From assembly GCA_947453155.1 (NCBI GenBank), contig CANGFE010000004.1, positions 7,101 through 71,100 of the forward strand: 64,000 bases of DNA, in the 5' to 3' direction. Within the stretch, counting starts at the first letter, position 1. Each line of letters opens with the position of its first letter. Origin of the DNA: Beijerinckiaceae bacterium (lineage in GTDB: Bacteria; Pseudomonadota; Alphaproteobacteria; Rhizobiales; Beijerinckiaceae). Made by a program: the position numbers and the translations under genes. Shown here piece after piece: positions 9,986 to 19,701 of the stretch. The notes under the pieces are model-generated. The model ran no database searches and was not told where the DNA came from. It worked only from the letters and a program-made list of their open reading frames with translations.

Positions 9986-11170
9986 TCAGCGCTCCACCAA
10001 GGCCATGCGGCGGTTATAGAGATTCATGATCACCGCCGTGATAAGCGAGATCACCAGATATACCGCCATGGTGATCGCGATCACCTGAACCGCCGCGCCG
10101 GTTTGGTTGAGTACGGTGCCCGCAAAGACTTGCACAAGATCGGGATAGCCGATGAAGACCGCAAGCGACGAATTTTTGGTCAGCGCCAAAAACTGGTTGG
10201 TGAGCGGTGGAATAATCACGCGCTGTGCTTGGGGAATGATGACGAGTTTTAGAGTCTGCGAACGCGACAGACCCAAGGACTGCGCAGCTTCGGTCTGTCC
10301 ATGCGAGACGGCCAAAATGCCCGCGCGCACAATCTCCGCAATGAAGGCGGCGGTATAAAGGGAGAGGCCCAGCACCAGCGCAACAAACTCCGGCAGCACA
10401 CGCAGGCCGCCGACAAAATTAAAACCGCGCAGGATCGGCATTTCAAAAGAGATGGGCTGCCCCAGAAGAAGATAGACAATCACCGGCGGCAGCAAGATCA
10501 GCGCAGCTGACACGCGGCCCACCGGAAGAATCTCGCCGGTCTGCGCCTGACGACGCTTGGCATAAATCCGGTAAAAAACGCTCGCTACAATACCGGCAAC
10601 ACCGGCCGCAAGAATAAAACCGGCACCGGGTGCAAATTGCGGATCGGGCATCACCAGCCCGCGATTGTTGAGATAAAAGCCCGCACCAAAAGAAATTGAG
10701 TCACGCGGATTGGGGAGTGGTTTCAGCACTGCATTATAGATGAACAGCAATTGCAACAGCAGAGGCGTGTTGCGCATGATCTCGACATAGAAACTCGAAA
10801 GTTTCGCCACAACGAAATTTTTCGACAGTCGTGCAATGCCGAGGAAAAAACCCAACACCGTCGCCAGCACAACGCCAATAGCGGCGACCAGCAATGTATT
10901 GAGCAAGCCCACCATAAAGGCGCGGCCATAGGTCGATGTGGCTGAATAAGAGATCAGCGTCAGATTGATATCGAATGAAGCGACGCGATCCCAAAATGCG
11001 AAATCGGTCGGAATGCCACGCGCGCGCATATTGGTCGCCGCATTGACCACCGCCTCATAGCCCAAAAATCCGACGACAAGGATCAGTACCGCCTGCCAAA
11101 ACAATCCGCGCACACGCGGATTGTAGAAAAAAGAGCCGGAGGGTCTTTCGCGCGCGGCATCAAGGCTCAT
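9986..11170 (-). CDS. aapQ: General L-amino acid ABC transporter permease
   Basis: GLLNTLLV, RNTPLLLQL, GFNFVGG, AFIAEIVRAGI, KNSSLA. Confidence 0.9.
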   Translation of the reverse strand: MSLDAARERPSGSFFYNPRVRGLFWQAVLILVVGFLGYEAVVNAATNMRARGIPTDFAFWDRVASFDINLTLISYSATSTYGRAFMVGLLNTLLVAAIGVVLATVLGFFLGIARLSKNFVVAKLSSFYVEIMRNTPLLLQLLFIYNAVLKPLPNPRDSISFGAGFYLNNRGLVMPDPQFAPGAGFILAAGVAGIVASVFYRIYAKRRQAQTGEILPVGRVSAALILLPPVIVYLLLGQPISFEMPILRGFNFVGGLRVLPEFVALVLGLSLYTAAFIAEIVRAGILAVSHGQTEAAQSLGLSRSQTLKLVIIPQAQRVIIPPLTNQFLALTKNSSLAVFIGYPDLVQVFAGTVLNQTGAAVQVIAITMAVYLVISLITAVIMNLYNRRMALVER

Positions 11171-11233
11171 GCACTTGCCTCGCTGCGCGTCATCAAAGGA
11201 AAGACCATTTTAAGCGACCTGCACATGCAATGA

Positions 11234-11256
11234 CGGGGCGCTGGTGGAGCGCCCCG
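11234..11256 (-). other. Intercistronic stem-loop after aapJ
   Basis: CGGGGCGCT-ggtgg-AGCGCCCCG; no U-tail on the coding strand, so more likely an mRNA-stabilising hairpin. Confidence 0.5.
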
Positions 11257-11268
11257 CCCTTTTCAAAC

Positions 11269-12297
11269 TTAGCGGACCGGCGGGGCGTATTGAATGCCAC
11301 CGGCCGACCAAAGCGAGTTCAAGCCACGCTTGATCTTGAGTGCTGAGCCTTCGCCCACATTGCGGCTGAACACTTCGCCATAATTGCCGACGTGTTTCAC
11401 AATGCGATAAGCCCAATCTTTCGACAGGCCCAAACCCTTGCCGAAGTCACCTTCCACGCCAAGCAGACGCTTGATCTCGGGGTTCGGGCTCTTCAGCATG
11501 TCATCGACATTGGCCTTGGTCACGCCGAGCTCTTCGGCATTGATCATGGCGTAATGCGTCCATTTGACGAGATTGAACCATTGATCATCGCCTTGGCGCA
11601 CAGCTGGCCCGAGCGGCTCTTTGGAAATGATCTCAGGTAAAACGACATGCTCATCAGGATTGACGAGCTTGAGGCGCGAGCCATAGAGGCCAGAGGCATC
11701 TGTCGTGTAAGCGTCGCAACGACCCGAGTCATAGGCCTTTACGGCCTCGTTGATATCGGCAAAGGCGACAGCCTCATATTTCATGCCTTTGGTGCGGAAG
11801 AAATCGGACATGTTCAATTCTGTCGTCGTGCCCTGTTGCACGCAGACCGATGCGCCATTGAGCTCAAGAGCGGAAGCAATGTTGAGCTTCTTGCGAACCA
11901 TGAAACCCTGGCCGTCGTAATAATTCACGCCAACCCAAAGAAGACCGAGTTCGGCTTCGCGCGATTGCGTCCAGGTGCCATTGCGCGCCAGCACATCAAT
12001 CTCGCCTGACTGCAGCGCGGTGAAGCGATCCTTGGCCGACAGGGGAATATATTTCACCTTGGTCGGATCATTGAAAATGGCGGCGGCAATGCCCTTGCAC
12101 AGGTCCACATCGAGACCGGTCCAATTGCCCTTGTCATCGGGTAGGCCAAACCCCGCGAGGCCCGTATTGGTGCCGCAGGTCAGCGCACCCTTTTGCTTGA
12201 TGAGGTCGAGGGTTTTGGAGCCCGCCTGCGCGGCGGCACTCTGGCTCATGGCGCCAAGCGTCATGGCAGCTAGAAAAGTCGCGGCAATTGCTTTCAT
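11269..12297 (-). CDS. aapJ: General L-amino acid ABC transporter substrate-binding protein
   Basis: Signal peptide; RFTALQSGEIDVL, NYYDGQGF, ISKEPLGP, VGNYGE, GGIQYAPPVR; divergent from metC as in rhizobia. Confidence 0.93.
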   Translation of the reverse strand: MKAIAATFLAAMTLGAMSQSAAAQAGSKTLDLIKQKGALTCGTNTGLAGFGLPDDKGNWTGLDVDLCKGIAAAIFNDPTKVKYIPLSAKDRFTALQSGEIDVLARNGTWTQSREAELGLLWVGVNYYDGQGFMVRKKLNIASALELNGASVCVQQGTTTELNMSDFFRTKGMKYEAVAFADINEAVKAYDSGRCDAYTTDASGLYGSRLKLVNPDEHVVLPEIISKEPLGPAVRQGDDQWFNLVKWTHYAMINAEELGVTKANVDDMLKSPNPEIKRLLGVEGDFGKGLGLSKDWAYRIVKHVGNYGEVFSRNVGEGSALKIKRGLNSLWSAGGIQYAPPVR

Positions 12298-12436
12298 CTG
12301 AAGAAAACTCCCGATCAGATCCGGTGGGTTCATTTCTTTTATCCGTGCCACACCTTTATAGTGCGGAACAGCCACGGTCCTGCCTATCACAGGCGAGATT
12401 GGGACGGGGGTCAAGTGAGGCGTCGGACGGGTCAAA

Positions 12437-13624
12437 ATGGCAAAATTGAGCGATAAAACCCGCAAAGGCTTGAAATCCCGCACAAGGGCGGTGATTGCGG
12501 GGCGCGAGCCCGAGGAACAATTCGGATTTGTGAACACGCCGATTTATCGCGGGTCCACAGTTCTCTATCCTGATGTCGCCACTTTAAAGGGTCCCCGCCC
12601 CCGTTTCTCCTATGGGACCAAAGGCACACCCACCACCGAGGCCCTCGAAAACGCCTGGACGGAGATCGCTGGCGCCGCAGGCACCGTGCTGGCGCCCACT
12701 GGCTTGGCCGCCATTTCCTTGGCGCTGATGACCGCGCTAAAAGCGGGCGATCATCTGCTCGTCACTGATAGCACCTATCAACCAACCCGCACCTTCTGTA
12801 ACAGCGTGCTCAAGCGCATGGGCGTTGAGACTGAATATTATGACCCGTTGATCGGCGCCGACATCACCCGCCTCTTCCGACCCAATACAACGACTGTTTT
12901 GGTGGAAGCACCGGGCTCGCAAAGTTTCGAAATGCAGGATGTGCCAGCCATTGCCGCCGCCGCCAAAGCGCGGGGCATTTGCACCATCATGGACAATACT
13001 TGGGCGACACCGCTCTTCTTCCCGCCCCATGAGCGCGGCGTTGATCTGGCGGTGGAGGCTGGCACCAAATATCTCTCGGGTCATTCCGATCTGATGCTCG
13101 GCCTCGTCTCGGCCAATGACGCTTGGTTCAAACGTCTGCGCGCGACCTTTGATGCTTTTGCCATGTGCGCGGGGCCGGAAGATTGTTTCCTCGCTCTGCG
13201 CGGATTGCGCACGATGGAACTGCGTCTGCGCGAAGCTGAGAAACAAGGATTGGCTCTGGCACAATGGTTCGCGACGCGACCAGAGGTGAAACAAGTCCTG
13301 CATCCAGCGCTCCCCGATGCGCCGGGACATGACATTTGGAAGCGCGACTTTTTGGGATCGTCCGGATTATTCTCGGTGATCTTGCATCCAGTGTCGGAGG
13401 CCGCAGTGGCCACCATGCTCGACGGACTGGAGCTGTTTGGCATGGGCTATTCATGGGGCGGCTATGAAAGCCTAGTCATCCCCTTTGATTGCGCGTCCTA
13501 TCGCACAGCAACGAAATGGAATCCGGGCGGACCCGCTTTGCGCTTTCAGGTTGGACTGGAAGACGTGAGCGACCTCATCGCTGATCTGGAAGCCGGGTTT
13601 GCGCGGTTGAAAGCTGCGCAATAA
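12437..13624 (+). CDS. metC: Cystathionine beta-lyase
   Basis: VNTPIYRGSTV, MDNTWATP, PLP lysine in TKYLSGHSD, GYSWGGYESL. Confidence 0.93.
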   Translation: MAKLSDKTRKGLKSRTRAVIAGREPEEQFGFVNTPIYRGSTVLYPDVATLKGPRPRFSYGTKGTPTTEALENAWTEIAGAAGTVLAPTGLAAISLALMTALKAGDHLLVTDSTYQPTRTFCNSVLKRMGVETEYYDPLIGADITRLFRPNTTTVLVEAPGSQSFEMQDVPAIAAAAKARGICTIMDNTWATPLFFPPHERGVDLAVEAGTKYLSGHSDLMLGLVSANDAWFKRLRATFDAFAMCAGPEDCFLALRGLRTMELRLREAEKQGLALAQWFATRPEVKQVLHPALPDAPGHDIWKRDFLGSSGLFSVILHPVSEAAVATMLDGLELFGMGYSWGGYESLVIPFDCASYRTATKWNPGGPALRFQVGLEDVSDLIADLEAGFARLKAAQ

Positions 13625-13628
13625 CGCT

Positions 13629-13724
13629 CGTCATTGCGAGGAGGCCAAAGGCCGACGCGGCAATCCATAGCCCCCAACCTCCGAGGTTGGTGCTATGAAT
13701 TGCTTCGCTTCGCTCGCAATGACG
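13629..13724. repeat. CGTC-tagged palindromic REP-like element
   Basis: CGTCATTGCGAG...GGCAATCC...TTGCTTCG...CTCGCAATGACG between convergent genes; related copies at 18383 and 18565. Confidence 0.8.
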
Positions 13725-13727
13725 AGG

Positions 13728-14282
13728 TTAGATCCGATCCGGAAACTTGATGATAAAGCCGTCTTTGTTCGGCATTTTCACCTGCGGCAACGACTTCGCA
13801 TCCATCACCGTCCCTGGTGGGATGAGCTTGTTCCCTTCCAGAATGAACGCAGTGAGTGCATAGACTTCATTATCGGTCAAAGTACGCGGGGCATTCCACG
13901 GCATAGCGCGACGGATGAAGTCGAAAACGGTCGTCGAATTGCTCCAGAAATTCTTGATCGTTTTCGTCGCTTCAATACCGCGACCCGCGAGCGGAATATC
14001 GGTGATCACCGCGCCATTCGATCCACCCGTGCCGCCTTCTCCGTGACAGGCAATGCAGCCTTTCTCAGTGAAAAGCTTGGCGCCCACTGCTGCCGTACCA
14101 GAGCCCGGCGGCAGATTGGTGCCGTCTGGAAGGATGGTGATGTCCCATGGCTTAATGTCAGCTTCCGTAATCGGCTGACCCAAACCAACCTTATGGCCAA
14201 GGCCATTCTTGTCATCAGCGAAAGCGACCGATGACAACGAGAGTGCGGCCAATACCGCGAGCGAGACCTTAGACATAGACAT
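13728..14282 (-). CDS. soxD: Monoheme c-type cytochrome, SoxD-like
   Basis: Signal peptide, DGTNLPPGSGT, CIACH, FDFIRRAMP, MPNKDGF; overlaps end of soxC. Confidence 0.75.
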   Translation of the reverse strand: MSMSKVSLAVLAALSLSSVAFADDKNGLGHKVGLGQPITEADIKPWDITILPDGTNLPPGSGTAAVGAKLFTEKGCIACHGEGGTGGSNGAVITDIPLAGRGIEATKTIKNFWSNSTTVFDFIRRAMPWNAPRTLTDNEVYALTAFILEGNKLIPPGTVMDAKSLPQVKMPNKDGFIIKFPDRI

Positions 14283-15579
14283 GGCTGATCTCTCCCTTGG
14301 CATTGATGCCCCATGACGTCAGACTGTTGTAATGCTGGTTTGGAAAACCGAATGGATTGGTAACCGGCTTTTGCGTCACGCCGCGCTCGCGCACGAATTC
14401 ATCGCGCAGAGGCTGAACGTTTCCGCCATCATCCACCGCGCGACTGGATAGCACAGCGGGTTGCCCGTCCCATCGCCAAGGTATGGTAAATCGCGTAAAG
14501 GCCTTGTGCATGGTCGGACCCTGCACCGCCGCATCCGCCCAAGTCTTGCCGCCATCAGCTGTCACTTGCACGCGCTCGATGCGTCCTGCACCTGAATAAG
14601 CAATGCCCGAGATTTCATAATAGCCCGGCTCATTCAGCTTCATGCCGAAGGACGGATGCGTGATAAAGCTCTTCACTTCATTGACGAAGAAAAAGCGATA
14701 GGCCTTGGCATCAGGCAGCAGCGGCGAGTAATTGCGCGATTCATAATAGGACAGCGCTGGCTGATCGACGATTTTGATGCGGCGAACATATTTGATGTTC
14801 ATATTGCCTTCCCAACCGGGAAGCAGCAGACGCACCGGATAGCCCTGCTCTGCCATCAGACGCTCGCCGTTCTGGTAGAGCACGAGAATGGCATCATCGA
14901 GCGCTTTCTTGAGCGGCACAGAGCGTGTGATCGCGGCTGTATCAGCACCTTCCACCAGCATCCATTTGGCTTTCGGGTCGATACCGACTTCATCCAACAC
15001 CGCAGATAGCGGCACGCCGGTCCATTCGGCGTTGGAGACGAGGCCATGGAGTGATTGCAGATTGGCTTGCACAGGCTCGTTGGAAAACAGCGCTGCCGAA
15101 TTGCCACCGCATTCGATAAACGTCTGGCGCGTCACCATCGGATAGCGCATCAGGCGATCCATCGACAGAACGATGGGCTGTTTCACCATGCCATGGATGA
15201 CGAGCTTGTGCTGCTCGGGATCAATGTCAGGAATACCATTATGCAGGATGGTGAAATGCAAATGGTTGGGCGTGATCTGACCGTTCAGCAAATGATGGGG
15301 CGTGCGCGCATGTTGTGTGCGCGGCTCGCCCTTGGGATTGGTAAGAATGCGCGTCGTGTCTTTCTCATTCTTCGAGCGACGACCCATGGGCTCGACAGTT
15401 GTGCCCTGATAGCGGCTCCATTCGGGCTCTTTCAAAGGCTCAGCTGAAGCGCCTTGTGTCGCCACCAATGTACTGGCCGCGCCAGCCATGGCCACGCCGC
15501 CACGCAACAACAGACGGCGGCTGAGCAGACCATTGCCAGCAACCTCGTCGAGCGCGGTGATGTCATTTCTTTTTGTCAT
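14269..15579 (-). CDS. soxC: Sulfite oxidase-family molybdoenzyme, SoxC-like
   Basis: Tat signal SRRLLL; ITPN.LHF, Mo-ligand ECGGN, EWTGVPL, EQGYPVRLLLPGWEGNMNIK. Confidence 0.85.
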   Translation of the reverse strand: MTKRNDITALDEVAGNGLLSRRLLLRGGVAMAGAASTLVATQGASAEPLKEPEWSRYQGTTVEPMGRRSKNEKDTTRILTNPKGEPRTQHARTPHHLLNGQITPNHLHFTILHNGIPDIDPEQHKLVIHGMVKQPIVLSMDRLMRYPMVTRQTFIECGGNSAALFSNEPVQANLQSLHGLVSNAEWTGVPLSAVLDEVGIDPKAKWMLVEGADTAAITRSVPLKKALDDAILVLYQNGERLMAEQGYPVRLLLPGWEGNMNIKYVRRIKIVDQPALSYYESRNYSPLLPDAKAYRFFFVNEVKSFITHPSFGMKLNEPGYYEISGIAYSGAGRIERVQVTADGGKTWADAAVQGPTMHKAFTRFTIPWRWDGQPAVLSSRAVDDGGNVQPLRDEFVRERGVTQKPVTNPFGFPNQHYNSLTSWGINAKGEISHVYV

Positions 15580-15592
15580 GAAAATCTCCCGA

Positions 15593-16528
15593 TCAAGGTT
15601 CGAGCGAGCCGAGATAGGCTGCCATATTCAACATGTCATCGACGGTGAGTTTGGCGACAATCGCCTTCATCGGCTCGACATTCATGCCCGCACGTTCGCC
15701 ATTCTGAATCATGAACAGCTGACGCACGATGTAGGTTGGTGTGCGCCCTGCAAGGCCCGGCAAATCTTTCGTGCCCTTGTTGCCCTCGCCATGGCAGGAG
15801 GCGCAGGCCTGTGCGCCGCCCGCTTCCACCAGCGCCTTGCCTTTGGCGACAGAACCTTTCGGGACAAAGGCAACAAAGCCCGCGCCCGGATCGCGATTGA
15901 ACAGGCGGTTTTCATCTTCGCCCACTTCAATGATGCGATTGGCCAGCGGCTCAAACACATGGTCGGGATGAATGGCGCGCTTGTTGCCAGCCGCGACATA
16001 GGTTTTCAAAACCGTGTCGGTCTCAATCACCCGGATCCACGGGCGCGGTTTCAGCGAGGCAAAATAATCGGCGGCCGCTTTATTCTCTTCCGGCGTAATC
16101 GCCTTGGCGATGGCCAGCATCGAACCCGAGCCTTTGCGGGCGCCTGTCTTATAATCTTCGACCTGCTGCATCAGATAAGCAGCCGGCATGCCCGCCATAT
16201 TGGCGCTTTCCGTATGGCCCGTGCCGGTTGGCAAATGGCAGGCGATACAGGCGCGGATTTCCGGCGCACGCCCATTCGAGACAACCTTCGGCATGGCCGG
16301 ATGCTGATCAGGATACCAATCCGGCGGATTGTAGAGATCTTCAATTTGGCTGCGCGTATAGGTGCGTGTCGAGCCCGGCGCCGTCTTTGGCTTCCCATCA
16401 TCGGGCAGCATCGCCGGCTGCACTTTATCAGTGACTGGAAAAGCCCAATCGGGCTTGTCTGCGGCCCATGCCGCAGAGGTGGCGCAGAGCGCCACGGCCC
16501 CCAGAACGCCCAAGGCGATCCTACCCAT
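15593..16528 (-). CDS. Diheme c-type cytochrome (cytochrome c4-like)
   Basis: Signal peptide; CIACH and CASCH motifs; LAG..PTYIVRQL. Confidence 0.85.
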   Translation of the reverse strand: MGRIALGVLGAVALCATSAAWAADKPDWAFPVTDKVQPAMLPDDGKPKTAPGSTRTYTRSQIEDLYNPPDWYPDQHPAMPKVVSNGRAPEIRACIACHLPTGTGHTESANMAGMPAAYLMQQVEDYKTGARKGSGSMLAIAKAITPEENKAAADYFASLKPRPWIRVIETDTVLKTYVAAGNKRAIHPDHVFEPLANRIIEVGEDENRLFNRDPGAGFVAFVPKGSVAKGKALVEAGGAQACASCHGEGNKGTKDLPGLAGRTPTYIVRQLFMIQNGERAGMNVEPMKAIVAKLTVDDMLNMAAYLGSLEP

Positions 16529-16761
16529 GCATTCCTCCCCCGGAATCAGCTCTGTTTTTATCGAGCCGTTGGACGTGAGCTTTTCATGGCTCGAAGCCAG
16601 CATCAAGACTGGATCCTTTGCCGCATTGCAGAAAAAGACCCCCTTCTTTAGGAGGGGTCTGCGCTTGCCAAATCGGTCCCCATGAAGGAATTTACCGCCC
16701 CGTTCGAGCCTCAATTGCCGGGCATGTTCGGCCCTGCTCTCGACCTGTTAGGATTTCCTGC

Positions 16762-18381
16762 GTGCCCTCCTCTTCCGATCTGACGCGCCGCACATTGATG
16801 GCCGCCCTCGCCTCAGCAATGGCGGCGAACCAAGCGGCTGCCCAGACAAAGCCCGCCAATGCGCTGCCCATGCCGGCGGCCCCACGGGCGGACACGCCGC
16901 GCTTTTCCTATGAAGATGTGGTGATGCGCGCCCGCGCGCTTTCGGAACGCGCCTTTGAGCCACGCGTCACGAAACTGCCGCCAGAGATTGAAGCACTCGA
17001 TTGGGACAATTGGCACCCGATCCGCTTCCGAGATGATCCCGATCCGATCCATGACCCCAACAAGCGCGCGCATCTGGGGCTCTTCCACCTCGGGCATTTG
17101 TTCAAGACCGAAGTGAAGATCAATATGGTCGTCGGCGGTGTGGCAAAGCCGTTCGACTACAATCCGAAAAATTTCGAATATCGCAATCCGGATTTTGGCA
17201 AGAACCTGCCCAGCGATCTCGGCTATGCCGGATTCAAAATCCATTATCCGCTGAATAGCGCGCGCACATTCGATGAGCTGATCAGTTTTGTCGGCGTGAG
17301 CTATTTCCGTTTTCTGGGACGCGATCAGAAATACGGATTGTCGGCGCGCGGTCTGTCGATTGGCACGGGAAAACTCGACAACAATGAAGAGTTTCCGTTC
17401 TTCAAGGAATTCTGGATCGAGCAACCAGCACTGGGCTCCGACAAGATCACGCTTTACGCGCTGCTCGATTCACCTTCGCTCGCGGGCGCCTATCAATTCG
17501 ATATTTTCCCGCAGGATGAAACGGCCATCAATCTGACCGTCTCTATCTTCCCGCGTGTCGCGGTGGACCGTCTCGGCATGGCGCCGCTCACCTCCATGTA
17601 TCTCATGGGTGAGAATGACCGCCATATGAATGACCGCAACAAATATGACGAGTTTCGCCCCGAGCTGCATGACAGCGACGGCCTGCTCATCAATACGGAA
17701 AAAGGCGGCTGGATTTGGCGGCCTCTGAAAAATCCGCAGATTCAAGAAGTACAGCATTTTTCTGTGACAGGCCTGAAAGGCTTTGGCCTGATGCAGCGTG
17801 ATCGCAATACGCAGCATTATTCCGATGTGGAACTCGCCTATGAAGAGCGCCCATCTTATTGGATTGAGCCATCGCATGATTGGGGCAATGGCCGCATCGA
17901 ATTGATCGAACTCGCCACCAAGGATGAGACAGCGGACAACATCATTTGCGCTTATGTGCCGGATGCGCCGCTGGAGCCGGGAAAGCGTTTCACCTTCGGC
18001 TATCGCATCCGCTCCATGCATGACGGCCTGTCGCTGCACAAATTAGGTTATGCACGCGACACTTATTCGGCGCCTCCCGGTGCATTGGGAGCTGGTGAAA
18101 AAGTAGCGACCGATTCACGCCGCTATATTGTCGATTTCGTCGGCGGAGATCTGGCCTATTATCTGAAACATCCGGAACTGGTGAAGATCGTAGCCTCGGC
18201 TCAAAAGGCGCAGATGCAGCGCTTCTTCTTGGTGCCCTATCCCAAGATCAACGGTTTCCGCGTCATGCTCGATGTGCAGCATGAATTCGAAACAGTGGGC
18301 ACGATGCAATGTTTCTTGCAGGCCGAGGGAAAACCCATCACGGAAAGCTGGCATTATGCTTTCCGGATTTATCACCTCTAA
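16762..18381 (+). CDS. Periplasmic glucan biosynthesis protein, OpgD/OpgG family
   Basis: Tat-like TRRTLM; SYFRFLG...YGLSARGL, EEFPFF, APLTSM, RPELHDSDGL, GFGLMQRDR, ETADNI; GTG start inferred. Confidence 0.9.
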   Translation: MPSSSDLTRRTLMAALASAMAANQAAAQTKPANALPMPAAPRADTPRFSYEDVVMRARALSERAFEPRVTKLPPEIEALDWDNWHPIRFRDDPDPIHDPNKRAHLGLFHLGHLFKTEVKINMVVGGVAKPFDYNPKNFEYRNPDFGKNLPSDLGYAGFKIHYPLNSARTFDELISFVGVSYFRFLGRDQKYGLSARGLSIGTGKLDNNEEFPFFKEFWIEQPALGSDKITLYALLDSPSLAGAYQFDIFPQDETAINLTVSIFPRVAVDRLGMAPLTSMYLMGENDRHMNDRNKYDEFRPELHDSDGLLINTEKGGWIWRPLKNPQIQEVQHFSVTGLKGFGLMQRDRNTQHYSDVELAYEERPSYWIEPSHDWGNGRIELIELATKDETADNIICAYVPDAPLEPGKRFTFGYRIRSMHDGLSLHKLGYARDTYSAPPGALGAGEKVATDSRRYIVDFVGGDLAYYLKHPELVKIVASAQKAQMQRFFLVPYPKINGFRVMLDVQHEFETVGTMQCFLQAEGKPITESWHYAFRIYHL

Positions 18382-18382
18382 A

Positions 18383-18483
18383 CGTCATTGCGAGGGGGCT
18401 AAAGGCCGACGTGGCAAACACTGCGCGCATCAATGAAGGTTCGCGCTATGGATTGCCACGTCGCCCCGCTCCTCGCAAAGACG
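18383..18483. repeat. CGTC-tagged palindromic REP-like element
   Basis: CGTCATTGCGAG...GACGTGGCAA...TTGCCACGTC...CTCGCAAAGACG. Confidence 0.78.
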
Positions 18484-18564
18484 AGCGGAGAGGTGGCCGC
18501 TCTTCTTTTTATGATTTCTTATGGCAGATTAAGTGCGGCACAGCACAGGCACCGCTCTCCATCC

Positions 18565-18653
18565 CGTCTTTGCGAGGAGGACCGAAGGGCCGACATGGCA
18601 ATCCAGAGGCCACATGTGAGAATCTGGATTGCTTCGCTACGCTCGCAATGACG
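18565..18653. repeat. CGTC-tagged palindromic REP-like element
   Basis: CGTCTTTGCGAG...GCAATCCAGA...TCTGGATTGC...CTCGCAATGACG. Confidence 0.78.
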
Positions 18654-18669
18654 ACGCGAATATGCGACG

Positions 18670-19701
18670 TTAGCTCTTCGCCTCTTGTGTGACGTCTTTC
18701 AACGTCCAGCGCAGCATGTCGATTTCGTGCTGGGCGAGCTTGAAATCAAAGCCTTCCGTCTTGCGGCGGAAATCTTCGGCCTCTTCCTTGCCGACATCAC
18801 TGGTCACCTGCGTGGTGAAACGCACCCAGCCATCGGCCACATCGCCAATCACCGTATAAGTGATCGTATAGCCCTTCCATGAGGTCACGATCATCTGGCG
18901 TGCGTCGACTTTCGCTGCGCCATCAGCCTTGCGCACATCCTGGAAGGAAATCGGATCGACCATGAAACCAAGCCGCATCAGCTTTGAGCCATCGCCTGCA
19001 CGACCTTCCGGCGCATTGGCGAGCGTAATGTCGTCGCCCTTCTTCTCAGCCTTGGTTATGATCTCATCGAGGCCACCGCCCTTGATCGTGATCCCCGCCA
19101 ATGAATCGCGCTGGATGTTGACGAAGTTGATCTCATACCAAGCCGCATGTGGCACCGGCACGCGCAATTGTCCGCGCACCAGCAAGGCCTGCTTCTGATC
19201 GGCGAGCCGAATGAATGTGCCACCACGGGCGCCACCCACCGTCGCATCGCTATTGCCAACCGTAAGCGCACCCAAAACATTGCCCTTAGCATCGCGGAAC
19301 GACATATCGCGGCCCACAGCTTCAGGTGCTGCACCCGGCTCTGCAAGGCCGAGATCAGCCATGCGCGCAGGATCAGCGGTCTTGGTTTCTTCAAACGACA
19401 AGAAAGATGCGCTGCCGACAAGATCGCGGAATGCATCCGGCTTCACCGGATAGCCGCTTTCCTTATTGTAAAAACCATCTTCGCGGCGTTCGACCGTAAA
19501 GCTGCGCTCGAAATCGCGAATGGTGATGCTCGTCACATCATTGGCTTTCTGGGTGAGACCCGGAAACACCAATTGTCCGCGCTTGTCGGAGGCAAAGCCC
19601 TGTGGACCTGAGCTCATCGAGATCGCCGCAGCCCCGACAGAGAGAGCAGCGAGCGCGGAGAGAAGTCCGATTTGTTTCATATTCATCGGTTCAATCCTCA
19701 A
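18670..19701 (-). CDS. DUF4340 domain protein
   Basis: N-terminal TM anchor; GYPVK, KTADP...LGL; last gene of Gld-like ABC operon. Confidence 0.75.
   Translation of the reverse strand: MRIEPMNMKQIGLLSALAALSVGAAAISMSSGPQGFASDKRGQLVFPGLTQKANDVTSITIRDFERSFTVERREDGFYNKESGYPVKPDAFRDLVGSASFLSFEETKTADPARMADLGLAEPGAAPEAVGRDMSFRDAKGNVLGALTVGNSDATVGGARGGTFIRLADQKQALLVRGQLRVPVPHAAWYEINFVNIQRDSLAGITIKGGGLDEIITKAEKKGDDITLANAPEGRAGDGSKLMRLGFMVDPISFQDVRKADGAAKVDARQMIVTSWKGYTITYTVIGDVADGWVRFTTQVTSDVGKEEAEDFRRKTEGFDFKLAQHEIDMLRWTLKDVTQEAKS

Noticed and set aside
15488-16651. 387-aa plus-strand ORF over the diheme cytochrome
   Set aside because: Antisense shadow; the opposite strand carries clear CxxCH motifs and a signal peptide
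18383-18653. Repeats as a possible CRISPR array
   Set aside because: Only two long palindromic units, no repeat-spacer periodicity, no cas genes
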